The notes under the pieces were generated by a model. That model was not told where the DNA came from and searched no databases. It saw only the letters and a program-made list of their open reading frames with translations. From positions 82,637 to 139,575 of the forward strand of contig JAQGDQ010000563.1 in NCBI GenBank assembly GCA_030141605.1: a stretch of 56,939 nt of DNA, read 5' to 3'. This document shows, in pieces, positions 38,630 through 50,450 of the stretch (the first letter of the stretch is position 1; each line of letters starts with the position of its first letter). The stretch is from Tubiluchus corallicola (Eukaryota > Animalia > Priapulida). A program made the position numbers and the translations under genes.

Positions 38630-39500
38630 CTGCTTGCTACAGCACAAGAACACAGATTTCTACTGCTTGCTACAGCCCAAGAACACAGATTTCTGCTGCT
38701 TGCTACAGCACAAGAACACAGAGTTCTACAGCTTGCTACAGCACAAGAACACAGAGTTCTACAGCTTGCTACAGCACAAGAACACAGATTTCTACTGCTT
38801 GCTACAGCACAAGAACACAGATTTCTACTGCTTGCTGCAGCACAAGAACACAGATTTCTACTGCTTGCTGCAGCCCAAGAATACAGATTTCTACTGCTTG
38901 CTACAGCCCAAGAACACAGATTTCTACTGCTTGCTACAGCCCAAGAACACAGATTTCTACTGCTTGCTACAGCGCAAGAACACAGATTTCTACTGCTTGC
39001 TACAGCACAAGAACACAGATTTCTACTGCTTGCTACAGCGCAAGAACACAGATTTCTACTACTTGCTACAGCCCAAGAACACAGATTTCTACTGCTTGCT
39101 ACAGCACAAGAACACAGATTTCTACTACTTGCTACAGCACAAGAACACAGATTTCTACTGCTTGCTACAGCACAAGAACACAGATTTCTACTGCTTGCTA
39201 CAGCCCAAGAACACAGATTTCTACTGCTTGCTACAGCGCAAGAACACAGATTTCTACTGCTTGCTACAGCACAAGAACACAGATTTCTACTGCTTGCTGC
39301 AGCACAAGAACACAGATTTCTACTACTTGCTACAGCCCAAGAACACAGAGTTCTACAGCTTGCTACAGCACAAGAACACAGAGTTCTTCAGCTTGCTGCA
39401 GCCCAAGAACACAGAGTTCTACAGCTTGCTGCAGCCCAAGAACACAGATTTCTACAGCCACTACAGCCCAAGAACAGATTTCTACAGCCACTACAGCAGA
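38630..39500. repeat. 33-bp minisatellite, about 26 units, inside a dispersed repeat (38355-39530)
   Basis: Unit ctgcttgctacagcacaagaacacagatttcta. Gives the two 312-aa repetitive ORFs (LLLATAQEHRF / LLQHKNTDFYC). Confidence 0.95.
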
Positions 39501-40489
39501 ATTTCTATCCCATCAGCCAATAACAAATTAAGGTAGGCCGGCACAAGTGCGCTGAGTGCCGGAAGAAAACAAAATATCTCTCCTACAAAATCGTAAAAAT
39601 TTCAACGTTTGAAAAAAATTAAAGTGGAGTTTGCTACATATTTGTAGAAAAATTCTTTTTAATTCAAGTAAGCAACAGCAACCAAAATTTTACGTTCTGG
39701 AGGTAGAGGTAAACTGGACTTTGGAACAACATCTAATGAAATTATGTGGACATGTTTTGCAAGAATTTTCCCGACATTCGGTAGCACAATTGCAAACAAA
39801 TTCTGCCGATGATTTAGCGGATGGTTTCCTGCCTTACTCATCTGTGTCTTAAGACTGTCGCGAAGTCTACTTGCATGTGCACATGTTGTACCTGAGATGC
39901 CTACACATGGTGCCTAGCATTTTGAATTCCCACACTTACGGTCTGACTCGCACCAACGCTATCTACCCATACAGCAAGGTGGAAATGAGCAGTTTCACCA
40001 TAGGTCAAGATTCGCAGAGCATCATAAAAGAAGACCTGTTTTCCAGACCAGTACCCAAACTCTGTGACTTTGTCCTAGTCTGTTCAGTATTTTGGTTAAA
40101 TTTGTGCTTTAAATTAATTTTACATGTTTATTTTGACAGTAGATGCAAATTGGTCAATAAGAGTACTAAGATTTAATTTAAGGCACTTACCTGTTTAATA
40201 TACTTACCTATGTAAAAATAATTGTATGGCGTCCCCACCTATAGGATGTTATAACTATACTTACCAGTACCTTGCCTGTCAAAATGGTCCAGTGACTCCT
40301 GGCCCAGTTGCTTGGTTAGTCGATCTCAAAGTTGCTAGACCTGTTTTTGTGCAGTAAATTATGATTAATTTTTAGGACGAAAAAAGCAAAGATGTAAGTC
40401 AACTTGTTTATTATGTCATTAACGTTAACGTTAATTATGTCAACTTCATAATTATTATATTTATAATGTAAATAATAATAATAAACAAC

Positions 40490-40985
40490 TGTGCACAGCA
40501 AAAGATTTTTACTAGTAAATTTACAACTACAACCCTCACCCACACTGCACCACCCATCACAAAACCCACTCCATGCCATTTCCAAAACGCCACCCAAACT
40601 ATGTCACTCACATCATGCCACACCAATCACACAATCAACACACTACATCACATACATCACACCATGCCACCCATAACATTACCTGCACCACTCAAATCAC
40701 CTATTCAATACCAGTCACGTCATACCTCCCACGCAATGCCCCACACCATCTCATCAAATTATCCACAATACACTGAACAAAACCACACTCACAACAACAA
40801 CCCACATGACACTTACCACACTCTCTACCATAAACCACACCACTGCACCATTATGTTGATCTTGATGATAGTGATGATGACGATGGCGACGATGATGCTG
40901 ACTACTGTAATGACAATGACACCAACAACGCTAACATCAACAAGACAGTATCATAGAGAAACCAACGCAAACAACATCATGTGAC
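40490..40985. repeat. CA-rich dispersed repeat, copy 2
   Basis: Shares blocks with 37945-38352. Low-complexity CAC/CAT and GAT tracts. Confidence 0.65.
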
Positions 40986-41062
40986 CTATGCAATTAAACT
41001 TACCAATTATCAATAATGCACCAGCATTCAGCATACTGTCATTTTACTTTTCCTGTGATCGT

Positions 41063-42380
41063 TGTAATGGCCCGTGCGTACAGGGGCAGACCATAGGGGC
41101 CAATTAATGATAGTCGCTGCTAAGTTCGATCAGTTCCTTGGCCGAGCTAGGGGCACTAACCGACTGCCCACTAAAGAAACAGACAATAGCTGAGCGTAGG
41201 CAGACTCTACGGGGGCTCTACCTAAACAGCATGGATTCTTTTGTGGTGGGATTGATCAAAAACAGGCTTTCCATCTATACCCTAAAAGCCAAACTGTAAC
41301 CAGTCGAATAAATGACAAAATATTAAGTTTAATGACACAAACAAAAACAGTTGTATAATTGAGCTTTTTGTGAACAATGGAAATTGGTAATAAGCAAAAG
41401 TAAATCTGAAAACGCCACTAAACAGCATGGCATGAAATAAATGCAATGACAAAACATACAAAAATCATACAGTTTTCCTAACTATTTAAAAGGTTCCTAC
41501 TTACTCTACCAGCAGCCACCCCAAAATGCGTACGCTAGCATAATATATTCTCCAGACAAGTGTAGTTTGTGGTCATAGTCCTTTAGAACGACTAAAGTGT
41601 GGTTCAAACTTCACCTAACGGGTTCACAACTCCCACAGTAACGACGCAAAAGCTCTGAGAGAAACGTAGCTAAATGTTTCAACGTAAGTCTATCAAAAGG
41701 GTGACGTGTGAATGAAGGTGTAGGCACACATGCGTTCGGAAATTCACATCAAAACAAGTTCTCTCTCTGGCGCCAATTAACGATAACGTTAATAAACAGG
41801 TACCTTTGCTTTCCGGTTTATTGGCATAAAGTTCCTACCCGGGCAGTGACGACTTCTCCGTCCCATGCGATGGACTATCGAGCTGGGCACCTTTCCAACT
41901 GCACGACGGTGCTCTCACATGATCCGAGACGACATCTTCCCAGCATGGTAAGATCAGCAAAGCCATGTAAACCAATGAGTGGACATCTTCCACCACCACA
42001 AATAGATCATTAGCTTTCAAACGTCAGCTAATAGACAATCAGGTAAAACGTAAAAACGCAGTTTCACCAACCAAACTCAAGTTGCATATCTCGTGTCCGT
42101 GAAATCTGTGTCATGAACATACAGAAATCTATGCGTTTGGCTTCAATCCGATTCAATACACAAACGTACAGTTACACGTTTAACCCAACCCAGGGGGGGG
42201 GGGGGGAATAACCTTCCCTAAACTAACAAATAGTATTACCTAGTTGATCATAACAATCTAGAAACAATTTACATTTAGTGAACATAAGTAAAGGGAAGCT
42301 GGTGTCAAAATATGAAAATAAAGCCTAATGTTTATCTGCTAGTTAAAGTACGGTTCAATGATTTATTCTGGGTCATTACA
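41063..42380 (-). repeat. 3' LTR (1318 bp)
   Basis: tgtaatggccc...gggtcattaca (11-bp terminal inverted repeat, one mismatch). Direct repeat of 48015-49308. Confidence 0.97.
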
Positions 42381-42393
42381 ATGGCCCCCTCTC
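42381..42393 (-). other. Polypurine tract
   Basis: Minus strand reads gagagggggccat directly before the 3' LTR. Confidence 0.85.
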
Positions 42394-42682
42394 AAACGAG
42401 TGCTGAAATACCGATATTTGGCTTGCAAAATAGTAAGGGTTTCAGCACTACAACAAGTTTTGGGTAAAGATCAACCAATATATTTACATTAACAGAACCA
42501 AAATAGGTCAGTTCCGACTTGTTCAATATCGAGAGCAAAAAAAAGGGGTACTCCCAAACAAAAGCTAGGTATTCACGCAGTACTCCGCTGTGTTTCGAAC
42601 ATGTCAAAATATGCATGTTGTACTTGTCATGTAAAAATGTTGATCGTGTTTTAGCAAAAATATATAACTGTGACATATATGA

Positions 42683-45600
42683 TTATATGCGTGATAATGT
42701 GTCAGCAGGCACATTCTTTCTGCCAGGTAGGTGTTCCACCGTGAAAGAATAGTTTTGCAGAATGAGTGCCCACCTTGAGATTCTCCGATTGGAGTGCCTC
42801 ATTTTGTGCAAATGTTGCAAAGGGGAGTGGTCACAGCGTATTATGAATTTACGCCCTTCGAGATAGTAGTTCCACTTCTCGACAGCATGGACAATACGTA
42901 AGAGCTCGAGCTCAATAGCTGAGTAGTTCTTCTCAGCAGACGTAAGCTTACGGCTGAGGTAGGTGATCGGAACTTCATTGCCTGGTTCCTGTTTCTGACT
43001 CAAGATAGCACCCAAACCCCGAATTGACGCGTCAGTAGTTACGATGAAAGGTAAACTAAAATTCGGACTATGGAGTACACTATCTGAGGTAAGAAAGTCA
43101 CGCAGGGTAACAAAGCTCTGTTCATGATCAGCAGACCATGTGACTGTAGATGGTTGGGTCTTTTGAGTTAGCTCAAAGAGTGGTAGAGCAATTTGGCTAA
43201 AATGGGGGATGAATCTACGGTAAAACCCCACTAAGCCCAAGAAGGCTCTTACTTGAGTCTTCGTCTCTGGACGAGGAAAGTTTTGTATTGTCTGAATCTT
43301 TTCTGCTTGAGGACGTAAACGATTACGCCCCACCACATAGCCTAAGAACTCTGTTTCTCGTTGGGCGAGGAATCATTTCTTTGGCTTAATAGTAAGTTGT
43401 GCTGCTCTTAAAATACAAAAGACCGTTTCAAGGTGCCGGAGGTGGTCATCCCAATTGTTCGACTTGACACATATGTCATCGATAAAACCTCTTGCATGCT
43501 GGTTGATATCTTCTAAAAGGATGTCAATAAGTTGTTGAAATGTTTGGGCTGCATTCTGTAATCCGAAAGGCATAACCTTGAATTCATATTTCCCAAAGTC
43601 TGTTATGAAGGCAGAAATTGGCCTGGATTCTTGGGCGAGAGGAATTTGCCAATATGCCTTAGTCATATCAATGTTGGGAAATCCATTCTGAACCATGCAA
43701 TTCATCGACCATCTCATCAACCCTAGGCATTGCGTACTGGACAAAAAGTGTCTTGCGATTCACAGCACGATAGTCGATGCAAAAGCGAATGGTTTGGTCC
43801 TGCTTAGGTACTAAAATGGCAGGAGAAGCATAGGGTGAGTCGGATTTCTGAATTACATCGAGCTTCTCCATCTCGATAATCTCTTTTCGGACAATTTCTT
43901 TCCGAGATTGTGGAATGCGATAAGCTCGCTGGTTCACTGGAGTATGATCTGAGAGAATGATATGGTGCTCTGTTACATGGATTCGGCCTGGGATATCTGA
44001 GAAAATGTCAGTGTGCTTTCGTAGAAGCTGACTAAGTTGGCAAGATTGTTGTTTGGTTAGGTGCTCTGGTATTTCCACATCGGTGGCGAATTGAATTTGT
44101 ATCGCTGGGGGTAAGAAAGCAACTTCAGGGAGTTGAGCTGCCTGCATAGGGGTAGGAGCCAATTTTTCCTCATCATAACTTGGAGACAGGTCATCTACCC
44201 CTGGAAATGGCAGATCTGACTGTTGGCATTTGGAAAACAGAGCTACGCTCCCTGATCGTTTCACCAAAGGCTTTAATAAGTTTATGTGAAACGTCCTTGT
44301 ATGTACTTTTACACCAGGTTTGGAAATCTGAACTTTATAAGTATGATCTGACAACTTGTCAACCACTTGGTAGGGGCCCTGCCAGATTCGATTTAGTTTT
44401 TTCTTGGAAGATGGTAATAAAACTAACACCTCTTGTCCGATTTCCAATGAGCGAGCAGATGATACTTTGTCGTACCATCTTTTTTGGGCTAGTTTGGCCT
44501 GGTTTAAGGCCTGGTGAGCTTCCTCGGTGGATTGCTCTAATTCATTGATGACCCTATCAACATAGTCATCAACATTGTCATATGATGGAGGGTCTGTACA
44601 ACCCCATGTTCTTCGTAGGGCTGACATTGGGCCTCGAACTGGGAAGCCATATACCAGTTCGAATGGGCTATACTTTAAAGAAGCTTGGGGTGTCTCTCTA
44701 TAGGCAAAGAGTACAAACGGGATTAATTCATCCCATTCAAAGGTACGTTGAGTTTGTAGCAACTTCCTTATGGAACTCTTGAGTGAGTCATTAAATTTTT
44801 CCGTGACACCCTGTGTCATCGGATGGTAAGGTGTTGCAAACATTCCTTTAATACCTAAAGCATCTTCAAGCTTCATGATGAGAGTCGAAGTGAATTGAGC
44901 ACCACGATCTGATAATATCTCTTTGGGTATGCCATGCCTACAAATAAATTGGAGGAGAGCCTGTGCAACACATTCTGCTGACTCTGATTTGAGGGGGTAG
45001 GCATCCGGATATCTGGTTGCTTGATCGACGATGACCAAAGCATACTTATGACCAGAGCGTGTTCTCGGTAAAGGGCCAATTAGGTCTATGCAGATCTGCG
45101 CAAATGGCTCCTTTACTATTGGCAAAGGCTTGAGTGGAGCTCTGTCGGCAGTCCTACGTTTAGATGCTCTTTGACAGGCTAAACATGTCTTGACATATGC
45201 CTTAATGTCACTCAAGACTTTAGGCCAATAATATTGGGATAAGACCCGATCAATGGTCTTGCGCATCCCTTGATGTGCAGCTGGCAGTTTGTCATGGGCA
45301 AGCTCGAGCACTTGCTGACGACGGACTGAGGGTACTACTAGAAGGTCAGTGTGGCCTCCTCTTGCATTACGGCGCACTGTGTGAAGTACTCCTTGCTTTA
45401 AGAAGTAGCCAGCCTTCTGGGCTTTGCATTCAGCCTCTGCTTGCACATGGTCAAATAAGTTGCGCAAAGTAACATCATTTTTCTGTTCACTTATTAAGTG
45501 TTCTCTTTGCACCAATTCTGCAAGGTTCTGTTGTTTCCTAGCCTGTTTCTCATTTAAGACAGGTAGGGGTGTATCAGAACTAGCTTGGTGCTGTATTTCT

Positions 45601-47609
45601 GCATCATGTTTTTCTTGTTCAGTTAGAGCCCTTGCCTTAGCTCTCGTTACTATCGGGAATGCAACAAATTTTGTAGCGTCTGCATCAGCAACAGGCTGAG
45701 GTTCCCAACTGGGTTGAGGGGCAGACATGCTCTTTTGCTCAGTAGACTGAACTACCTGAGAGTACAACTTGGGTGTCTCCCGACCTTCACCCGAAGTCAA
45801 TGGTTGGTGTCTGAGTGTGGGACCTTTCCCAGGTTGCTTAGATTGTTGCTTGTTTGTCCCACTAGATTTGTCTTTCTTTGACAAAAATGGAGAGATTTCA
45901 GTTTCAAAGTCATTGCCCAACAATAGTGGAACTGGACAATCAACCGCGACTGTGACTGTCAGATAACCTGTAGCGTAAGGCGATTCTATTTCAACAATAG
46001 CAACGGGACAAGATTTGTCACAGTTATGTATGCAAGACAGCTGGTTGGACAATCCTTTCACATATTGTTCAGGGCGGACATGGTCTGGGTGAACAACAGA
46101 CTTTGAGGCTCCAGTGTCTCGCAACCCGGTGACGTCTTTTCCATTCAAGACGGCTCGAAAACATGGTTGACCAGACACACACTCTTCGGTTCCTGCTCCA
46201 GCAGTGACTAAAGTCGCCATATCTGGAGCACAAGGGACCAAAAGTTGTTTGTACGACGGTTTGTCTCTCACACTAGGTGCTAATCTAGGCCTTTCAGTGG
46301 GAGAGGCCTTCTTTCTTGGGCAAGAGGAAGAATAATGGCCCTGCTGGCCGCAATGGTAACATTGCACTCTGGCTGGTGCAGTTCCTCCCTTGTGTGTTGC
46401 AGGTTTTACATCAGGTTTACGATTTGCTGGTGATGGAGAGAATTTACTAGAGGTTGCTCTGGGATTCTGAGCTGAAATATAAGCGTCAGCTTTTTGAGCA
46501 GCTTCGTCAAGTTTGTAGATGCTATTTTTCTTCAGCCACAAAGCGACCTCTGCGGGGATTATTGTCATGAAATGCTCATAGGCTATTAAATCTAGGGCCT
46601 GATCCTTACTGGTGACCGACATAGCATCTGCCCAGTCCCGTAGGCTCTGCCTGAGACGTACCACTGTCTGCGTACACGTCTCATCTTTACGTTTAGAAAG
46701 GTCCCTAAACGCTATGCGGTAACTCTCAGGAGTCACCATATAAGCTGCAAGAATGGCTTCCTTGACTTTGGTATAAGAACGAATATCCTCCCCTTCAATA
46801 AGTTGGAAGGCATAACTAGCCTTACCCGAGAGATGAGGGGCAAGAGAACAACACCACTGTGACCTTGGTATATCATTCACTTGGCAACAACGCTCATAAT
46901 AAGTCAAGTACTCCAGGATCGACTCACCTTGACCTTCCTTAAAAGGTCGCACTTTGAGTTTAATATGCTGTGTGGATTCAGTAAATGCAGAGTTTGCATT
47001 TGTGTTTGATGCGTTTAATGAAAGACGCGCTCTTTGCAACTCTCTGTCATGTCTTTTGCTTTCTTGCATTGCTTCCCACTCTCTCTCCATCCTCCTTTCT
47101 TCACGCTCCCGTTGACGTTCCTTTATCTCTAATTCACGCATCTGCCATTCTCTGTCTCTCGCTAACTCTCTTTCTCTCGCTCTGGACTCCTCCAGTTGTA
47201 AAATTAATTTAACTTTATCATCTGGGGGCAACCCAGTTAAATCATACATGCCTGTCTCATTACTAGTAGTTATTTGTGTGCTAGGATCGCTAAGCTGTTT
47301 TGCTGGTGTTTGGTGCAAGGTAAGCTGTGGCGGACTCAAGTCGGGAGAGGGCGGCGCTAACCTCGTAGCTTGTGTTTTCTCGACTGTCTGTTGTACTGCT
47401 GACAACAGTGTAGTGACGGGCGAAACCATTCCTTGTTGGGTTTCCGATGGTACTGGGCGCTGGGCCTGAATTTCTAATATTGTGTCAATAAGAACTACCC
47501 GCCTATTGGACAAAGAGATCATACCCAATGATCTAGCTATTTCTCGAAGCTCGGACATTGGCAAAGTGTCCAACTGTTCTCTTGTATAAATATTATCCTC
47601 GTCTTCCAT
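42683..47609 (-). pseudogene. gag-pol polyprotein with an intact Gag-PR-IN frame and a disrupted RT-RNase H
   Basis: Capsid/SCAN-like region (TPESYRIAFR...EHFMTIIP), CCHC knuckle CYHCGQQGHYSSSC (~46340), protease LRDTGA (~46115), integrase H2C2 (~45300-45175) and DDE core (IDLIGPLP, SDRGAQF, GVTEKFN), GPY module (~44375), RT (SPYASP, RFCIDYR, MPFGLQNA, FIDD) and RNase H (TDAS, NYSAIELE, DHSPL, ADTLSR). One +1 frameshift at ~43677 and an in-frame TGA at 43373-43375. Confidence 0.95.
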
Positions 47610-47990
47610 GTTTATTAATTAGTATTATAATACTGTGAGTGCGAATAAATTTATTATTCGACTTTTGCCAAGAAGTATCAACTGTGTGAATTCTTTAAAT
47701 TGTGTAATTCGCGATAGCGAATTCTGCACAAAACTTGGCTTCAATAACTGCAACAAGATTTTGCTATGGAAGCCACAAGAACCAAGTACGTTAAAACGCA
47801 GCAAAAATTTCGTATTACTGCACAAAGTTATAACAACTAAACCTGTTATACGTTCAGCGCAATGTTATAGAACTGAAATATAAGTGTAAAGTGACCTAGT
47901 TTCTCGCACCTAGTTTCTTGTGCGAGTGCTAAATTTCTTCCCAAGGTCTTTGTATTAAACTTAAATTTTTGAAATAAACCTGATTAAATC

Positions 47991-48012
47991 AATCACACCG
48001 CTCCTGCCACCA
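47991..48012 (-). other. Primer-binding site, probably tRNA-Leu
   Basis: Minus strand reads TGGTGGCAGGAGCGGTGTGATT two nt after the 5' LTR. Resembles the complement of the tRNA-Leu 3' end (...AATCCCACCGCTGCCACCA, from memory). Confidence 0.7.
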
Positions 48013-48014
48013 TC

Positions 48015-49308
48015 TGTAATGGCCCGTGCATACAGGGGCAGACCATAGGAGCCAATTAATGGTAGTCGCTGCTAAGTTCCTTGGCCGAGCTAGGGGCACT
48101 AACCGACTGCCCACTAAAGAAACAGACAGTAGCTGAGCGTAGGCAGACTCTACGGGGGCTCTACCTAAATAGCATGGATTCTTTTGTGGTGGGATTGATC
48201 AAAAACAGGCTTTCCATCTATACCCTAAAAGCCAAACTGTAACCAGTCGAATAAATGACAAAATATTAAGTTTAATGACACAAACAAAAACAGTTGTATA
48301 ATTGAGCTTTTTGTGAACAATGGAAATTAGTAATAAACAAAAGCTAATCTGAAAACGTTACTAACCAGCATGGCATGAAATAAATGCAATGACAAAACAT
48401 ACAAAAATCATACAGTTTCCTAACTATTTAAATAGTTCCTACTTACTCTACCAGCCACCCCAAAATGCGTACGCTAGCATAATATATTCTGCAGACAAGT
48501 GTAGTTTGTGGTCATAGTCCTTTAGAACGACTAAAGTGTGGTTCAAACTTCACCTAACGGGTTCACAACTCCCACAGTAACGACGCAAAAGCTCTGAGAG
48601 AAACGTAGCTAAATGTTTCAACGTAAGTCTATCAAAAGGGTGACGTGTGAATGAAGGTGTAGGCACACATGCGTTCGGTAATTCACATCAAAACAAGTTC
48701 TCTCTCTGGCGCCAATTAACGATAACGTTAATAAACAGGTACCTTTGCCTTCCGGTTTATTGGCATAAAGTTCCTACCCGGGCGGAGACGACTTCTCCGT
48801 CCCATGTGATGGACTATCGAGCTGGGCACCTTTCCAACTGCACGACGGTGCTCTCACATGATCCGAGACGACATCTTCCCAGCATGGTAAGATCAGCAAA
48901 GCCATGTAAACCAATGAGTGGACATCTTCCACCACCACGAATAGATCATTAGCTTTTCAAACGTCAGCTAATGGACAATCAGGTAAAACGCAAAAAACGC
49001 AGTTTAACCAACCAAACTCAAGTTGCATATCCTGTCCGAGAAATCTGTGTCATGAACGTACAGAAATCCATGTGTTTGGCTTCAATCCGCTTAAATGCAC
49101 TAACGTACAGTTACACGTTTAACCCAGGGGGGGGGACTAGCATTCCCTAAACTAACAAATAGTATTACCTAGTTGATCATAACAATCTAGAAACAATTTA
49201 CATTTAGTGAACATAAGTAAAGGGAAGCTGGTGTCAAAATATGAAATAAAGCCTAATGTTTATCTGCTAGTTAAAGTACGGTTCAATGATTTATTCTGGG
49301 TCATTACA
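48015..49308 (-). repeat. 5' LTR (1294 bp)
   Basis: Direct repeat of 41063-42380 with scattered substitutions and small indels, including a 9-bp indel near the left end and a G-run length difference. Confidence 0.97.
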
Positions 49309-49939
49309 ATCGTATTTATTGACGCAAAGCCAGCAGAAGGTTTTACTGCATCAAAATCATAAGCAGAGTACAACGAAATGATACGCAAACGTCACTGCTG
49401 AACAATGCAAACGTAACTGTAGCTTCAAAGCGAGAACCGTCCAAAATTGAACTTTCAGTCAACTCGTCGCTGTACTTTTTGGTGGAGCGTCCTAAAAAGT
49501 TACCTCTTTTGTCTCGTAGCCCACTTTTGCCTGTCGCAAGAGTGTGATTGATTTTACAGGAAAGCTTAATCTGGAATTTTCATATTAATTTGATATGTAT
49601 GAAAATCGCAAAAAAATAGAATTATCAGTCAAGTTAGCTGCATGTCCCAGCAAATCCAAATGATTCCCAAATCAAAATTCATAAATTTCGCATATTTAAC
49701 TTATGAAAAGATCTCATGTGGTTCAACTTGTTCATTTTAAAACTTCAAAAACTACAAAGAGTGAATTTATTATTCAAAAATGACCTAAACGTGTAACAGT
49801 CTCAAAAGCACATTACCTTGGTAGTAAAATTTTTAGGTTAGAAAACTTTTTTATTATTAGCTCTGTATGTATGAACAAGATTCATTTTCTGTTATTTCCA
49901 AACTTTCTCAAAATTTAAGCTAAACCTTGTATAAAACGT

Positions 49940-50065
49940 TATAACACCAGGTACAATGACCTTATAATTTGGGATAAATTACCTGAATGCATTATAACCT
50001 CTGTGAGAATTTATAAACAAAAGAAAAATCTTAAATCATACTTAATTACAGCATATTCTGATTTG
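49940..50065 (+). mobile_element. Decayed LINE ORF2 C-terminal remnant
   Basis: Translates RYNDLIIWDKLPECIITSVRIYKQKKNLKSYL, like the WNxLP...FKKKLKxYL end of CR1/L2 ORF2. Confidence 0.55.
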
Positions 50066-50354
50066 TCACATTGAATGCGTGTGTGTAGTAGTATGGATAT
50101 ATAATATATATACCAATAGTACTTCATAGTATGAAATGCTAATCTCACAACTGTCATTTCCTTCCCTATAAAAATCTATAATTTTCAATTAGTTGTGCCT
50201 ATTTTTGTTTGTTCTTATTTTGGCTATATCTTTGCCTCAATCGTTGTCATTGCGCAGTCGTATTAATTTTTCTCATTCATGGATTCGTCATCAGCAAGTT
50301 GAATTTCTACATTTTTGCACTTTGTCGTCAATCTAAAAAGTGAATGAGCATGTG

Positions 50355-50450
50355 AGGGGACAGGGGAGAAGGAGAGAAAGAGAGAGAGACAAAAGAGAGA
50401 GAAAGAGAGAGACATAGAGAGAGAGTGTATGTGTAAGAAGGGGAAAGGGG
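50355..50450. repeat. (GA)n-rich polypurine microsatellite
   Basis: Direct reading. Confidence 0.85.

Larger units (their letters stand above)
41063..49308 (-). mobile_element. Full-length Ty3/Gypsy LTR retrotransposon, Gmr1-like (Gag-PR-IN-RT-RH)
   Basis: Two ~1.3-kb LTRs with TG...CA ends, a 5-bp TSD ATCGT (41058-41062 and 49309-49313), a PBS next to the right LTR, a PPT next to the left LTR, and a gag-pol frame on the minus strand. Confidence 0.97.

Noticed and set aside
38585-39536. Two 312-aa ORFs as real genes
   Set aside because: They arise from a stop-free 33-bp unit, start at non-ATG codons, and the homologous locus at 13.7 kb has no such frame.
41708-42013. 101-aa ORF repeated at 48647-48952 as an accessory or env gene
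   Set aside because: It lies inside the LTRs, antisense to gag-pol, with no recognisable motif; its duplication is explained by LTR identity. Only ~300 bp separate the pol stop from the PPT, leaving no room for env.
43668-43690. Programmed ribosomal frameshift in pol
   Set aside because: The shift is inside a conserved RT motif and is accompanied by a nonsense codon 300 bp on, so mutation is the simpler explanation.
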